In this document: positions 20,656-29,705 of the stretch, one piece after another | How the letters are laid out: each line of letters starts with the position of its first letter | How positions within the stretch are numbered: position 1 is the stretch's first letter | Assembly (NCBI GenBank): GCA_963663865.1 | Contig: OY760686.1 | Span: forward strand, 992,001 to 1,056,000 | Source: Spirochaetota bacterium | Lineage (GTDB): Bacteria > Spirochaetota > UBA4802 > UBA5550 | Length of the DNA stretch: 64,000 nucleotides | Direction of reading: 5' to 3' | Made by a program: the position numbers and the translations under genes | Notes under the pieces: model-generated | The model's input: the letters and a program-made list of their open reading frames with translations, nothing else | What the model was told of the DNA's origin: nothing | Database searches by the model: none

Positions 20656-21213
20656 TTAATCTATAATGTCCTCTTCGATTACTGTGCTGTCGGTGATGTC
20701 AATTATTCGGACAGTGCGGTTTTCGAGAATGGCTATGGTGGCTTTCCCGTCCGGGCGCTTGCTCATTGACGGAGAGCCGGGATTAAGGAAAAGGGTGCCG
20801 CAGTCTTTGTACATTTCAGCTATGTGGGTGTGGCCAGTAATGAAGAGGTCAGTTCCATACCTCGCGGCCAGGCCTTCGCGCATCTCGCGTGTTGTGGAGT
20901 GTCCGTGGCAGACGAGAATGCGCAGCCCGTTATCGTATATATGGGCGAATTCCGACTCAATGGGGAAGTCGAGCACCATAGCGTCCACCTCGGAGTCGCA
21001 GTTCCCGCGGGCGGCGATTATGGGCACAGGGCATGAGTTGAGAAGCTTCGAAAGGGAACCCGGGCCGTATTCATCGGGTATGCTGTTGCGGGGCCCGTGG
21101 TAGAGGATGTCTCCCGCGTGAAGAATCAGGCCGCAGTCACTGAGATAACGGCTGAATACGCGCTTCCAGGTTTCTGCGCAGCCGTGAGTATCGCTTATTA
21201 TACCGGTTTTCAT
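20656..21213 (-). CDS. yfcE: YfcE-type metallophosphodiesterase
   Basis: ISDTHG, AGDILYHGPRN, RGNCD, HGH, GHTH, NPGS. Confidence 0.85.
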   Translation of the reverse strand: MKTGIISDTHGCAETWKRVFSRYLSDCGLILHAGDILYHGPRNSIPDEYGPGSLSKLLNSCPVPIIAARGNCDSEVDAMVLDFPIESEFAHIYDNGLRILVCHGHSTTREMREGLAARYGTDLFITGHTHIAEMYKDCGTLFLNPGSPSMSKRPDGKATIAILENRTVRIIDITDSTVIEEDIID

Positions 21214-21348
21214 CATCCCCCCTGATAATAAATACACTATCGGGGGCAGCCGGGGAGTCAAGGAAAAAGCGTGATTAATAATTGGTTGACTGAATCGTAA
21301 AAATCGGCTAAAAAGGGTTAATGAGACTCTCATTATAGGGATTTTTTT

Positions 21349-21660
21349 ATGGATGAATTCAACTCAACGCTCGATTTTGTGACGGAGGACGGAAGGCCCG
21401 TGTACGGTGATGTCACTGTTTACGCGCTTTCAACGTGCGGTTTCTGCAAACGGGCCCTGGCGTTTTTACGGGAAAACGGAATCAGGTTCAGATATGTCTA
21501 TGTTGACAGCATTGAATTTGAGGTTAAGAAGAAGCTCAAACAGGCCCTGAACGATACATACGGCAAGAGTGTTGGTTTTCCCTATCTCGTTATTGACGGC
21601 AGGGAAGCCCATGTCGGTTTTTCCGAAAAGGACTGGAAGGAGATATTTAAATTACTGTGA
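21349..21660 (+). CDS. Glutaredoxin-like (NrdH-type) protein
   Basis: LSTCGFC CxxC motif, FP cis-proline motif, VGF. Confidence 0.85.
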   Translation: MDEFNSTLDFVTEDGRPVYGDVTVYALSTCGFCKRALAFLRENGIRFRYVYVDSIEFEVKKKLKQALNDTYGKSVGFPYLVIDGREAHVGFSEKDWKEIFKLL

Positions 21661-21691
21661 CGGGAACAAAAACGGCAAAGGAGCGCCGCTT

Positions 21692-22018
21692 ATGAACAGG
21701 GAAAAAACTGCTGAAGATGTTATGCGGTTCGTCCGGATGACAGCGGATAAACAGGGCTGGAAGCTCAATCCGGACGCGGAGTTTCTGACGATGATCGTTG
21801 AGGGGCTTGCCGTCAACTATAACCGCTACGGTTATTTCGCCTGTCCGTGCAGAGACGCGGACGGCGACAGGGAGCTCGACGGCGACATTATATGCCCCTG
21901 CGAGTACTGCCGGCCGGACCAGGCCGAGTTCGGGCACTGTTACTGCGGGCTGTATCTGACTCCGGATTTTTTTGCATCAGGGAAAGCCCCCGCGTCTATA
22001 CCGGAGCGGCGTCAATAA
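21692..22018 (+). CDS. Ferredoxin-thioredoxin reductase catalytic-subunit-like protein
   Basis: CPCR ... CPC ... CYC [4Fe-4S]/disulfide motifs; RBS AAGGAG before ATG 21692. Confidence 0.88.
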   Translation: MNREKTAEDVMRFVRMTADKQGWKLNPDAEFLTMIVEGLAVNYNRYGYFACPCRDADGDRELDGDIICPCEYCRPDQAEFGHCYCGLYLTPDFFASGKAPASIPERRQ

Positions 22019-22188
22019 GGCGGCAGTTCAGCTCGTTCTGAATGTGTCTAATTTTGCATGTTTTATGAATAAATACTGGAAAATTATGGCACTCTTGCTG
22101 ATTGTGTCACAGTATCGGGCGATGCAGCGATACCGGCCGCTTTAAGGGCTGTGAGTCATAAAACAATAAACTTAAAGGAGTTAAACGT

Positions 22189-23181
22189 ATGATTAGCTAC
22201 AAGGAAATTGGTCTTGTCAATACCAGAGAGCTTTTTAAAAAAGCTGTGGCCGGCGGATATGCTATCCCGGCTTATAACTTTAACAACATGGAACAGCTTC
22301 AGGCGATTATCGGGGCCTGTGTTGAGACATCTTCGCCGGTCATTCTTCAGGTTTCTTCAGGTGCCAGAAAGTACGCGAACCAGACTCTTCTCCGCTACAT
22401 GGCGGAAGGCGCTGTTCAGTATGCGAAGGAGCTCGGAAAGGAGATTCCCATTGTGCTTCACCTCGATCACGGTGATACCTTCGAGCTATGCAAGAGCTGT
22501 GTTGAAACAGGATTCTCTTCTGTCATGATTGACGGATCTCATCACTCTTATGAGAAGAACGTTGAGCTGACCTCTCAGGTAGTTGAGTACTGCCACAAGT
22601 ACGATGTTACTGTCGAAGGAGAACTTGGGGTTCTTGCCGGAGTGGAGGACGATGTTGTAGCCGAGCATTCAACCTACACACAGCCTGAAGAGGTTGAGGA
22701 CTTTGTCAAGAAGACAGGAGTTGATTCGCTTGCTATATCAATCGGAACCTCTCACGGGGCGCACAAGTTTAAACCCGAGCAGTGCACAAGAAACGAGAAG
22801 GGCATTCTCGTGCCGCCGACACTGCGCTTTGACATACTTGAGGCAATCGAGAAGAGAATTCCGGGATTCCCGATCGTGCTTCACGGATCATCTTCAGTTC
22901 CACAGGATCTTGTCGAGATAATCAACGCCAACGGCGGAGCGCTCAAGGATTCAATCGGTATTCCGGAAGAGTGGCTCAGAAAGGCCGCTTCGTCTGCTGT
23001 ATGCAAAATAAACATCGACTCAGACGGACGTCTCGCCATGACTTCAGCCATCCGCAAGGTGTTTAAAGAAAATCCAGCTGAGTTCGACCCGCGAAAGTAT
23101 CTTGGGCCGGCAAGAGACGCCCTCAAGGCGCTCTACATGGAAAAAAACAAGAACGTTCTTGGTTCAGCCGGAAAGGCATAA
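22189..23181 (+). CDS. fba: Class II fructose-1,6-bisphosphate aldolase
   Basis: HLDHG, SVMIDGS, VEGELG, GTSHG, VLHGSS, KINIDSD. Confidence 0.96.
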   Translation: MISYKEIGLVNTRELFKKAVAGGYAIPAYNFNNMEQLQAIIGACVETSSPVILQVSSGARKYANQTLLRYMAEGAVQYAKELGKEIPIVLHLDHGDTFELCKSCVETGFSSVMIDGSHHSYEKNVELTSQVVEYCHKYDVTVEGELGVLAGVEDDVVAEHSTYTQPEEVEDFVKKTGVDSLAISIGTSHGAHKFKPEQCTRNEKGILVPPTLRFDILEAIEKRIPGFPIVLHGSSSVPQDLVEIINANGGALKDSIGIPEEWLRKAASSAVCKINIDSDGRLAMTSAIRKVFKENPAEFDPRKYLGPARDALKALYMEKNKNVLGSAGKA

Positions 23182-23206
23182 TAAACATCAGCAAAACAGC
23201 TTAATC

Positions 23207-23242
23207 GGAGGCGGCCCTCACATGGGACGCCTCTTTTTTTTT
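23207..23242 (+). terminator. Rho-independent terminator after fba
   Basis: GAGGCG...CGCCTC stem followed by a T9 tract. Confidence 0.75.
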
Positions 23243-23438
23243 GGGGGGGGGGATAAGGCCAGCCGTCGGCCCTGCGCCTGCGAAATAATCGTCATTAATT
23301 CGATGATTAAGCTGTACGCACATGCCCTCAGTTCCTCAAAAAAAGGCTGGACATGCCTGAGCGCTGAAACATTCTGAAGATTCAGGGGTCTAATTCCCTT
23401 AAATTAAAGCTTTTGAATGTTCGAATGAGGATATTATC

Positions 23439-23858
23439 ATGAAAAAAACTGCTTATGCTGTCCTTTTTGCCTCGGCGCTATTTTTCTCCTTTTCCGGAAT
23501 GGATTGTGAAGACGGCGGCGGAATCGAGCTCAGGGTTGTAGGAACAAACGGCAATTTTACCGGATACTACATCATAGACGGCGGCGGAGAACATCATTTT
23601 TCCGGGGAAGACCAGGGGAGCGGGTTCTACAAGTTCAGCGAGAAGCTCGGAACCTTCGATTATGTCGATATATCTGTAACCAAGTCTGTTTCCGAGTCTG
23701 CCCTGGATGTTTATCTCTATGATATCAACGGCGATCTTATAAAGAAAGAGAACAACTCTTCGTGCACGGCTGGAGCCAACAGCACTACTACATGCGATAA
23801 CAGCGTTGACATGAGCTACACCTACAAGGTTAACGATACATCAAGCAGCACCGAGTGA
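23439..23858 (+). CDS. Small putative lipoprotein, function unknown
   Basis: MKK + hydrophobic stretch ending SGMDC; RBS GAGG; beta-rich mature part. Confidence 0.7.
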   Translation: MKKTAYAVLFASALFFSFSGMDCEDGGGIELRVVGTNGNFTGYYIIDGGGEHHFSGEDQGSGFYKFSEKLGTFDYVDISVTKSVSESALDVYLYDINGDLIKKENNSSCTAGANSTTTCDNSVDMSYTYKVNDTSSSTE

Positions 23859-24079
23859 TGTGAGGGGATGAATATTTTTCGTCCGATTCGGAGATAAAAT
23901 CTGTAACAAAGACGGGGCTTCCCCGACAAAAATAGTGCGGACCGGACAATTGGTCTGCCTCGGTATAAAAACTGACCCGGGTTCCCCGGGTATATTTTTT
24001 AGCTGTAAGCGTTTTTGTGCCGGCAATGAGCCGTTCAGGGGCTTGCCGGGCGCGGGAACGCTATAACATGGAGAGGGAA

Positions 24080-25063
24080 ATGGACTACAAGGAAATTGAA
24101 AAGCTTACAGAAAAGGTGAATGAGACAAACGGCTTTATCAATACTCTTAAGGAGGAGATATCAGGCATAATAATAGGCCAGGAAAAGCTTCTCGACCGGA
24201 TAATCATATCCTACATCTGCGGAGGGCACATTCTTCTCGAAGGACTGCCCGGATTGGCAAAGACCCTTTCAGTGAGGGCCTTTGCGAGGTCAATAGGCAC
24301 AGCCTTCGCCAGGATTCAGTTTACGCCGGACCTGCTTCCGGCCGACCTCATAGGAACAAGGATTTACAATCCGAAGGAGTTAGACTTCTTCACAAAAAAA
24401 GGGCCCATTTTTACGAATATACTTCTGGCTGACGAGATCAACCGGGCCCCTGCCAAGGTTCAATCGGCTCTGCTTCAGGCCATGGAAGAGAGGCAGGTGA
24501 CTATAGGTGATGAGACCTATGAGCTTGAACAGCCCTTCATGGTACTTGCCACAGAAAACCCGATTGAACAGGAGGGTACATATCCTCTGCCAGAGGCCCA
24601 GCTTGACAGGTTTTTCATGAAGGTACTTGTGAGCTATCCGGGAAAGGAAGAGGAAAAAGCGATAATATCAGATTACGGCAAAATTGACCTTGAGCGCGTC
24701 AAGACAGTAACGACGGTTTCAGAGCTGAAGGAAGGCAGGTCGGTTGCTGATTCAATATATATGGACGAGAAGCTGGTTGACTATATTGTTTCCATAGTAG
24801 CTGAAACCAGAACGCCTTCGAGGAAGGAGCTGAGGAAGTACATCGATTTCGGGGCCAGTCCCCGTGCTTCCATTTCGCTTATGAAGGCCTCCAAATGCGT
24901 TGCCTTCATGAAAGGAAGAGGCTTTGTAACCCCGGACGATGTTAAAGAGATCGGCGCCGATATTCTCAGGCACAGAATCATTCTCTCTTACGAAGCGGAG
25001 GCCGACGGAAAGAGCCCTGACGACGTAGTCAGGATGCTTTTTGACTCAGTGGAAGTGCCGTAA
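24080..25063 (+). CDS. moxR: MoxR-family AAA+ ATPase
   Basis: LLEGLPGLAKT, RIQFTPDLLPAD, DEINRAPAKVQSALL, TYPLPEAQLDRF. Confidence 0.95.
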   Translation: MDYKEIEKLTEKVNETNGFINTLKEEISGIIIGQEKLLDRIIISYICGGHILLEGLPGLAKTLSVRAFARSIGTAFARIQFTPDLLPADLIGTRIYNPKELDFFTKKGPIFTNILLADEINRAPAKVQSALLQAMEERQVTIGDETYELEQPFMVLATENPIEQEGTYPLPEAQLDRFFMKVLVSYPGKEEEKAIISDYGKIDLERVKTVTTVSELKEGRSVADSIYMDEKLVDYIVSIVAETRTPSRKELRKYIDFGASPRASISLMKASKCVAFMKGRGFVTPDDVKEIGADILRHRIILSYEAEADGKSPDDVVRMLFDSVEVP

Positions 25064-25073
25064 AGTACGATTT

Positions 25074-25964
25074 ATGAGCGGAGAGCAATCAGGAATGGAT
25101 ACAGCAACAGAAACAGATAAATCGCTCAGACCGGCCGCGGCCATTCTCAGAAAGATACGGCTTCAGACCGGACGGAAGATAAGTACCATGTTCGTGGGTG
25201 AGTATCACTCCGCTTTCAAGGGGACTGGGCTCAACTTCGAGGGAGTGCGCGAGTACCAGTACGGTGACGATGTGCGAAGCATCGACTGGAACGTATCGGC
25301 GAGGCTGGACCATCTGTTTATAAAGGAGTTTACGGAAGAGAGAGAACTTTCGGTGGTTTTCATGGTCGACGTTTCCGGTTCATCCGGATTTGGTTCAGCC
25401 AGGAGAAAGCTCGATGTCATTCACGAGGCCGCCGCGCTTTTCCTCTACCTTTCTCAGATGAACAATGACCGTGTTTCGGTGCTTCTGTTTTCCGACAGGG
25501 TTGAAAAGTACCTGAGGCCGAGAAAGGGCGGCAAGTTTGTTCTGAAGGTGATTGATGAGATGCTCAGGTGCCGCCCCGAAGGGAAGGGCACTGACATCGG
25601 AGCGGCTTGTGAGTTCGTGAGCAGGGTCCAGAAGAAGAGAAGCGTTGTGTTCCTCATATCGGATTTTCTTGAGAATGGGGATAATTACAGGCTGAGGCTG
25701 AAACATCTTTCAAAAAAGCACGACATTATTCCCATTCAGGTTTCCGACCCCCTTGAAAGGAGGGGAACGCATTTCGGTCTTACGGAGTTTCTCGACCTTG
25801 AGACAGGCGAGGTTTTTCTTTCAGATTCCCTGCCTGACGATCTTGCTTTCCCCGAGCTTCAGGACTTCAACAGCATTAAACTGACAACAGCCGAACCGAT
25901 TGAGCCGGCTGTTATGGCGTTTTTTGAACGGCGGAACAGAACCAAACTGATTAAGAACAGGTGA
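25074..25964 (+). CDS. DUF58 domain protein
   Basis: GEYHSAFKG.G, VREYQYGDDVRSIDWNVSAR, EEREL, ISDF. Confidence 0.92.
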   Translation: MSGEQSGMDTATETDKSLRPAAAILRKIRLQTGRKISTMFVGEYHSAFKGTGLNFEGVREYQYGDDVRSIDWNVSARLDHLFIKEFTEERELSVVFMVDVSGSSGFGSARRKLDVIHEAAALFLYLSQMNNDRVSVLLFSDRVEKYLRPRKGGKFVLKVIDEMLRCRPEGKGTDIGAACEFVSRVQKKRSVVFLISDFLENGDNYRLRLKHLSKKHDIIPIQVSDPLERRGTHFGLTEFLDLETGEVFLSDSLPDDLAFPELQDFNSIKLTTAEPIEPAVMAFFERRNRTKLIKNR

Positions 25965-26944
25965 ACGTGACAATGCGTTATGTTTTAATAATATTATCAT
26001 GGGCAATGTGTATAGGCGGACTGCATGCTGATGAAGCAGTTAAGGTCAGGGCGGCAGCACTGCCTCAGAAGGCAAGCGTTGGAAGCACAATTGAGTACAG
26101 GGTCACCGCGGCCGGACCGAAAGTTACGGAAGCGGAGATAGTGTTCCCTGAGAGCAGGGAGTTTTATCCCCCCCTTGAAAAAAAAGACAAGAAGAGCGAA
26201 AACGGAGAGGATGACTCAGCGCGCCATGTGCCTCTGTACATTATTCACTCCGCTGTGAAGGAGGACAGCTCTGAGGCCGGGACGGGATATATCAGCGCTG
26301 TGATGAAGCTGTCCTTTTACAGGCCGGGCAGGCATACGCTTCCAGAGATTGAGATAAGCGTGTCGGGGAAGAAAATCAACTACGAGCTCCCTTCCGTAGA
26401 GATTGAGCCGGTGAACCAGGAAGGCCAGATGGCTGAGATTGAACCGCCGCTCGATCTTGGCGGGAATCATAACAGGCTGATGCTTCTACTCCTGGCAGCG
26501 GTATTGCTGACACTTGCTGCCGTACTGGTGTGGAGATATATCAAAAAGCGGAGGGCCCAGAAGGAGGCTCTTGTGCCTCCCGTTCCCGCGATTGAGGTGT
26601 TCAGAAAGGAAGCCGGCGAGCTGGGCGCCCCGGAGCTGATAAACAGCGGCCGCATAGAAGACTATACCGTAGAGATATCGAGAATATTCAGAAGATATAT
26701 CTCATCGCTTTTTGCTATTGACGCTGCCGAGATGACCAGCGACGAGATAGCCGCCGTCCTGAGAAGGCTCGGGAAAAAGGCGGGAATCGGCAAACAGATC
26801 GAAGCGATGATGTCATGCTTCAACCTCTGGGACCTCTCCAAATTCGCGGAGTTCATGCCCGGGCCTGAAGTGCTGCTTGAAAGCAATGATCGAATTGCCA
26901 GGGTCGCTGAAGAACTGTGGGAGGCGCTTAATGTCAGGTCTTGA
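25961..26944 (+). CDS. Bat-operon membrane protein (exported N-domain, one TM helix)
   Basis: Signal peptide, central TM, AEMTSDE and DLSKFA motifs; lies between DUF58 and batA. Confidence 0.7.
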   Translation: MNVTMRYVLIILSWAMCIGGLHADEAVKVRAAALPQKASVGSTIEYRVTAAGPKVTEAEIVFPESREFYPPLEKKDKKSENGEDDSARHVPLYIIHSAVKEDSSEAGTGYISAVMKLSFYRPGRHTLPEIEISVSGKKINYELPSVEIEPVNQEGQMAEIEPPLDLGGNHNRLMLLLLAAVLLTLAAVLVWRYIKKRRAQKEALVPPVPAIEVFRKEAGELGAPELINSGRIEDYTVEISRIFRRYISSLFAIDAAEMTSDEIAAVLRRLGKKAGIGKQIEAMMSCFNLWDLSKFAEFMPGPEVLLESNDRIARVAEELWEALNVRS

Positions 26945-27923
26945 ATTCAAGAATCCGTGGGCGCTGCTTCTACTTGTACCTTACGCGCTGATGGTTTTTG
27001 TGTTTCTCAGAAAGAGGATATTTACGGGCGGGGTTTTGATGGCAGCTTCGTCTAAAGAGCTGATGAAGCCGCGAAGGACATTTCGAACCGCTACCTACAG
27101 ATATCTTCCAGTGCTGAGGCTTCTTGCAATTTTTCTATTGATAATCGCCGTGTCGCGCCCGGGAAGGGGAATTGACTACTCAAGCGTCAAGAACCTCGGA
27201 ATTGACATCATGATAGCTCTTGATGTTTCTGGCTCAATGATGGGCGAGGACTTTCAGCCTGATAACAGGCTTGCTGTCGCCAGAGCCGTGGTCAGCGACT
27301 TTATATCAAAAAGGCCGGGAGACAGAATAGGCATGACCGTCTTCGCGGGCGAGGCATATCTCCAGTGTCCTTTGACATCAGAGCACAATATTCTAGGGGA
27401 TATTATTTCTTCAGTGGATTTCGGAACAGTGGCTGTCGACGGAACAGCCATAGGCGACGCGCTTTCTCTCTCAGCCGCGAGGCTTGCCGAGAGCAAGGCA
27501 AAGAGCAGAATCATTCTGCTGATAACTGATGGAGTCAACAACCGGGGCAGGGTTGATCCGGAGACAGCTTCCGGGATATGCGCAGAGCTGGGCATAAAGG
27601 TTTACTCTGTCGGTATAGGCAGGGAGGGCAAGGTCCCATATCCCGGCGGAGGCATATTCGGGAAGCGATATATCATGAACCAGTTCGATCCGGAGTCACT
27701 TCAAAAGATATCAGAGAAAACAGGCGGCCGGTTCTACAGGGCCCAGAGCGCTGACGTGTTCAGGGAAAACATGAGGGATATTGATGCTCTCGAGAAAAGC
27801 GAGATCGATTTGAAGATATATCATGAATTTCACGATAAGTTTCAGTTTTTCCTTATCGCCGCGGCTGTCCTGTTCGCCGCAGAAATACTTCTATCATCGC
27901 TCTATTTCAGGAAAGTGCCATGA
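26931..27923 (+). CDS. batA: BatA-like vWA domain protein
   Basis: DVSGSM MIDAS, DRIG..VFAG, GTAIGD, LITDG.NN.G; N- and C-terminal TM segments. Confidence 0.88.
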   Translation: MSGLEFKNPWALLLLVPYALMVFVFLRKRIFTGGVLMAASSKELMKPRRTFRTATYRYLPVLRLLAIFLLIIAVSRPGRGIDYSSVKNLGIDIMIALDVSGSMMGEDFQPDNRLAVARAVVSDFISKRPGDRIGMTVFAGEAYLQCPLTSEHNILGDIISSVDFGTVAVDGTAIGDALSLSAARLAESKAKSRIILLITDGVNNRGRVDPETASGICAELGIKVYSVGIGREGKVPYPGGGIFGKRYIMNQFDPESLQKISEKTGGRFYRAQSADVFRENMRDIDALEKSEIDLKIYHEFHDKFQFFLIAAAVLFAAEILLSSLYFRKVP

Positions 27924-28984
27924 CAGTGTTTGGAAACTACAGCTACATAGTCTATATAGCATCAGCGGCCTTTGTGATTCTGGCGGTATTTTTGATGTAT
28001 ATCTACTGGCGGAGAAGGGTGTTGAGATCAATGCCTGCAAGGGGCCTTCTTGTCGCGGGGCCGTCGTGGAGGCGGAAACTCAAGACGGCTCTGATCGCGG
28101 TATCAGTTATTTTGTTCACGCTGACAGTCTTACGTCCACAGTGGGGAGAACGCATGAGAGAGGTCAGCGTGGAGGGCACCGACGTGCTAATCGCTCTCGA
28201 CGTAAGCCGCAGCATGCTCTCAGAAGACGTTGAGCCTTCCCGGCTCGAACGCGCGAAGGAAGCCGTCAGGTGGATTGCCGGCTCTTTAAAGGGCGGGCGG
28301 ATAGGGCTCATCGTGTTCGCGGGCGACGCGTTCATGCTTTGCCCAATGACTACAGACATAGGGGCTTTTCTCATGTTCCTTGACTCGGCCGGGCCGCAGT
28401 CCGTTGCCCTTCAGGGGACCGACTTCAGCAGAATGTTTCAGGAGGCCTACAGGGTCTTTGAGACAAAACGTCTGACGACAAAGATGCTTGTGCTTATAAC
28501 CGACGGAGAGGACAATGAGGGCTCAGCCAGAGACGCCGCAGAAAAGTTCCGCGAACTCGGAGTTGCTGTCTACTCGTGCGGAATAGGCCGCGATGACGGA
28601 GGCTTTATCCCGGCCGGTGAAGATCAGGGCGGCGAGGTTTACCGCAGAGACGGCTCCGGCAGCCTTATAAGAACAGAGCTTAATGAAGGGCTTCTGAAAC
28701 AGCTTTCGGGGCTGACGAGAGGAAGCTACATCAACATATCTGACAGCCTCTCAGGGCTCAGGTTTATTCTAAGCGTTATCGAGAATCAGGAGAGCTCTGA
28801 GTTCGGTTCCAGAATGGTGAGGGAGCCGATTGACCGCTTCGTGCCGTTTGCTGTAGCGCTGCTTGTTCTGCTCTCCGCAGAGCTGATGCTGACGGAAAGG
28901 CCGGACCTTTACAGCATGAAGCTGAAGACCAAAAAAGCGTTCACATCAAAAAAGAAATCCGGAGGAGATGCAGATGCCTCTTGA
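27920..28984 (+). CDS. batB: BatB-like vWA domain protein
   Basis: RPQWG, DVSRSM..DVEPSRL, ITDGED. Confidence 0.88.
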   Translation: MTVFGNYSYIVYIASAAFVILAVFLMYIYWRRRVLRSMPARGLLVAGPSWRRKLKTALIAVSVILFTLTVLRPQWGERMREVSVEGTDVLIALDVSRSMLSEDVEPSRLERAKEAVRWIAGSLKGGRIGLIVFAGDAFMLCPMTTDIGAFLMFLDSAGPQSVALQGTDFSRMFQEAYRVFETKRLTTKMLVLITDGEDNEGSARDAAEKFRELGVAVYSCGIGRDDGGFIPAGEDQGGEVYRRDGSGSLIRTELNEGLLKQLSGLTRGSYINISDSLSGLRFILSVIENQESSEFGSRMVREPIDRFVPFAVALLVLLSAELMLTERPDLYSMKLKTKKAFTSKKKSGGDADAS

Positions 28985-29705
28985 AAAAACAGGGAATTTT
29001 AATATAAACAGATTGCTGCCGCTCGTGATATTGTCAGCTGTTGTGATGTTCACAGGCTGGCTTGATCCCTTTCGTGACCATGTGTCGGATGGGAACCAGG
29101 CTTTTCATGAAAAGAAGTACGATGAAGCCGTATCGAAGTACAACAGCGCCGAAGAGTATGCCCCCGGCGCTGAGGCAAAGAGAAAGCTTGCGTTTAACCG
29201 GGCCAACGCTGATTACGCCGCGGGGAACTATGACAGGGCTATAACCGGATATCGGAACGCGGCCCAGTCAGAGGATAAAGACGTGCAGAAGAAGGCCTTC
29301 TACAATATGGGTAACGCCTATGTGAGGGCCGGCAGGGATAAAGAGGCTGTTAACGCCTATGTGAATGCCCTGCGAATTGATCCGGAATATGAAAATGCAA
29401 AGAAGAACATAGAGTATCTGCTCAATAAAAACAAGAACAACGACAACAAAGATCAGCAGAATAAGGACAATAAGGATAATAGCGGAAAAGATGGTGAGCA
29501 GAATCAAAAAGACAATGAAGCTCAAAAAGATAAGAACAGGGATGACGGCGGGAATCAAAATCAGAAAAGCCCTGATAAAAGAGACAAAAACAGCGGGTTG
29601 ACAAAGGAGCAGATCGAGAATATGCTGAAAAATATGCAGGACAGGCCCGTCCAGCGAAGAAAAGGCAATACAGAAGGAAGGAGGGCCCTTGAAAAGGATT
29701 GGTAA
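28968..29705 (+). CDS. batC: BatC-like TPR protein
   Basis: TPR repeats (AFYNMGNAY, ALRIDP..AKKNIE), N/K/D/Q-rich linker, terminal KDW. Confidence 0.85.
   Translation: MQMPLEKTGNFNINRLLPLVILSAVVMFTGWLDPFRDHVSDGNQAFHEKKYDEAVSKYNSAEEYAPGAEAKRKLAFNRANADYAAGNYDRAITGYRNAAQSEDKDVQKKAFYNMGNAYVRAGRDKEAVNAYVNALRIDPEYENAKKNIEYLLNKNKNNDNKDQQNKDNKDNSGKDGEQNQKDNEAQKDKNRDDGGNQNQKSPDKRDKNSGLTKEQIENMLKNMQDRPVQRRKGNTEGRRALEKDW

Noticed and set aside
29420-29600. Low-complexity A-rich repeat
   Set aside because: It encodes the N/K/D/Q-rich linker typical of BatC.
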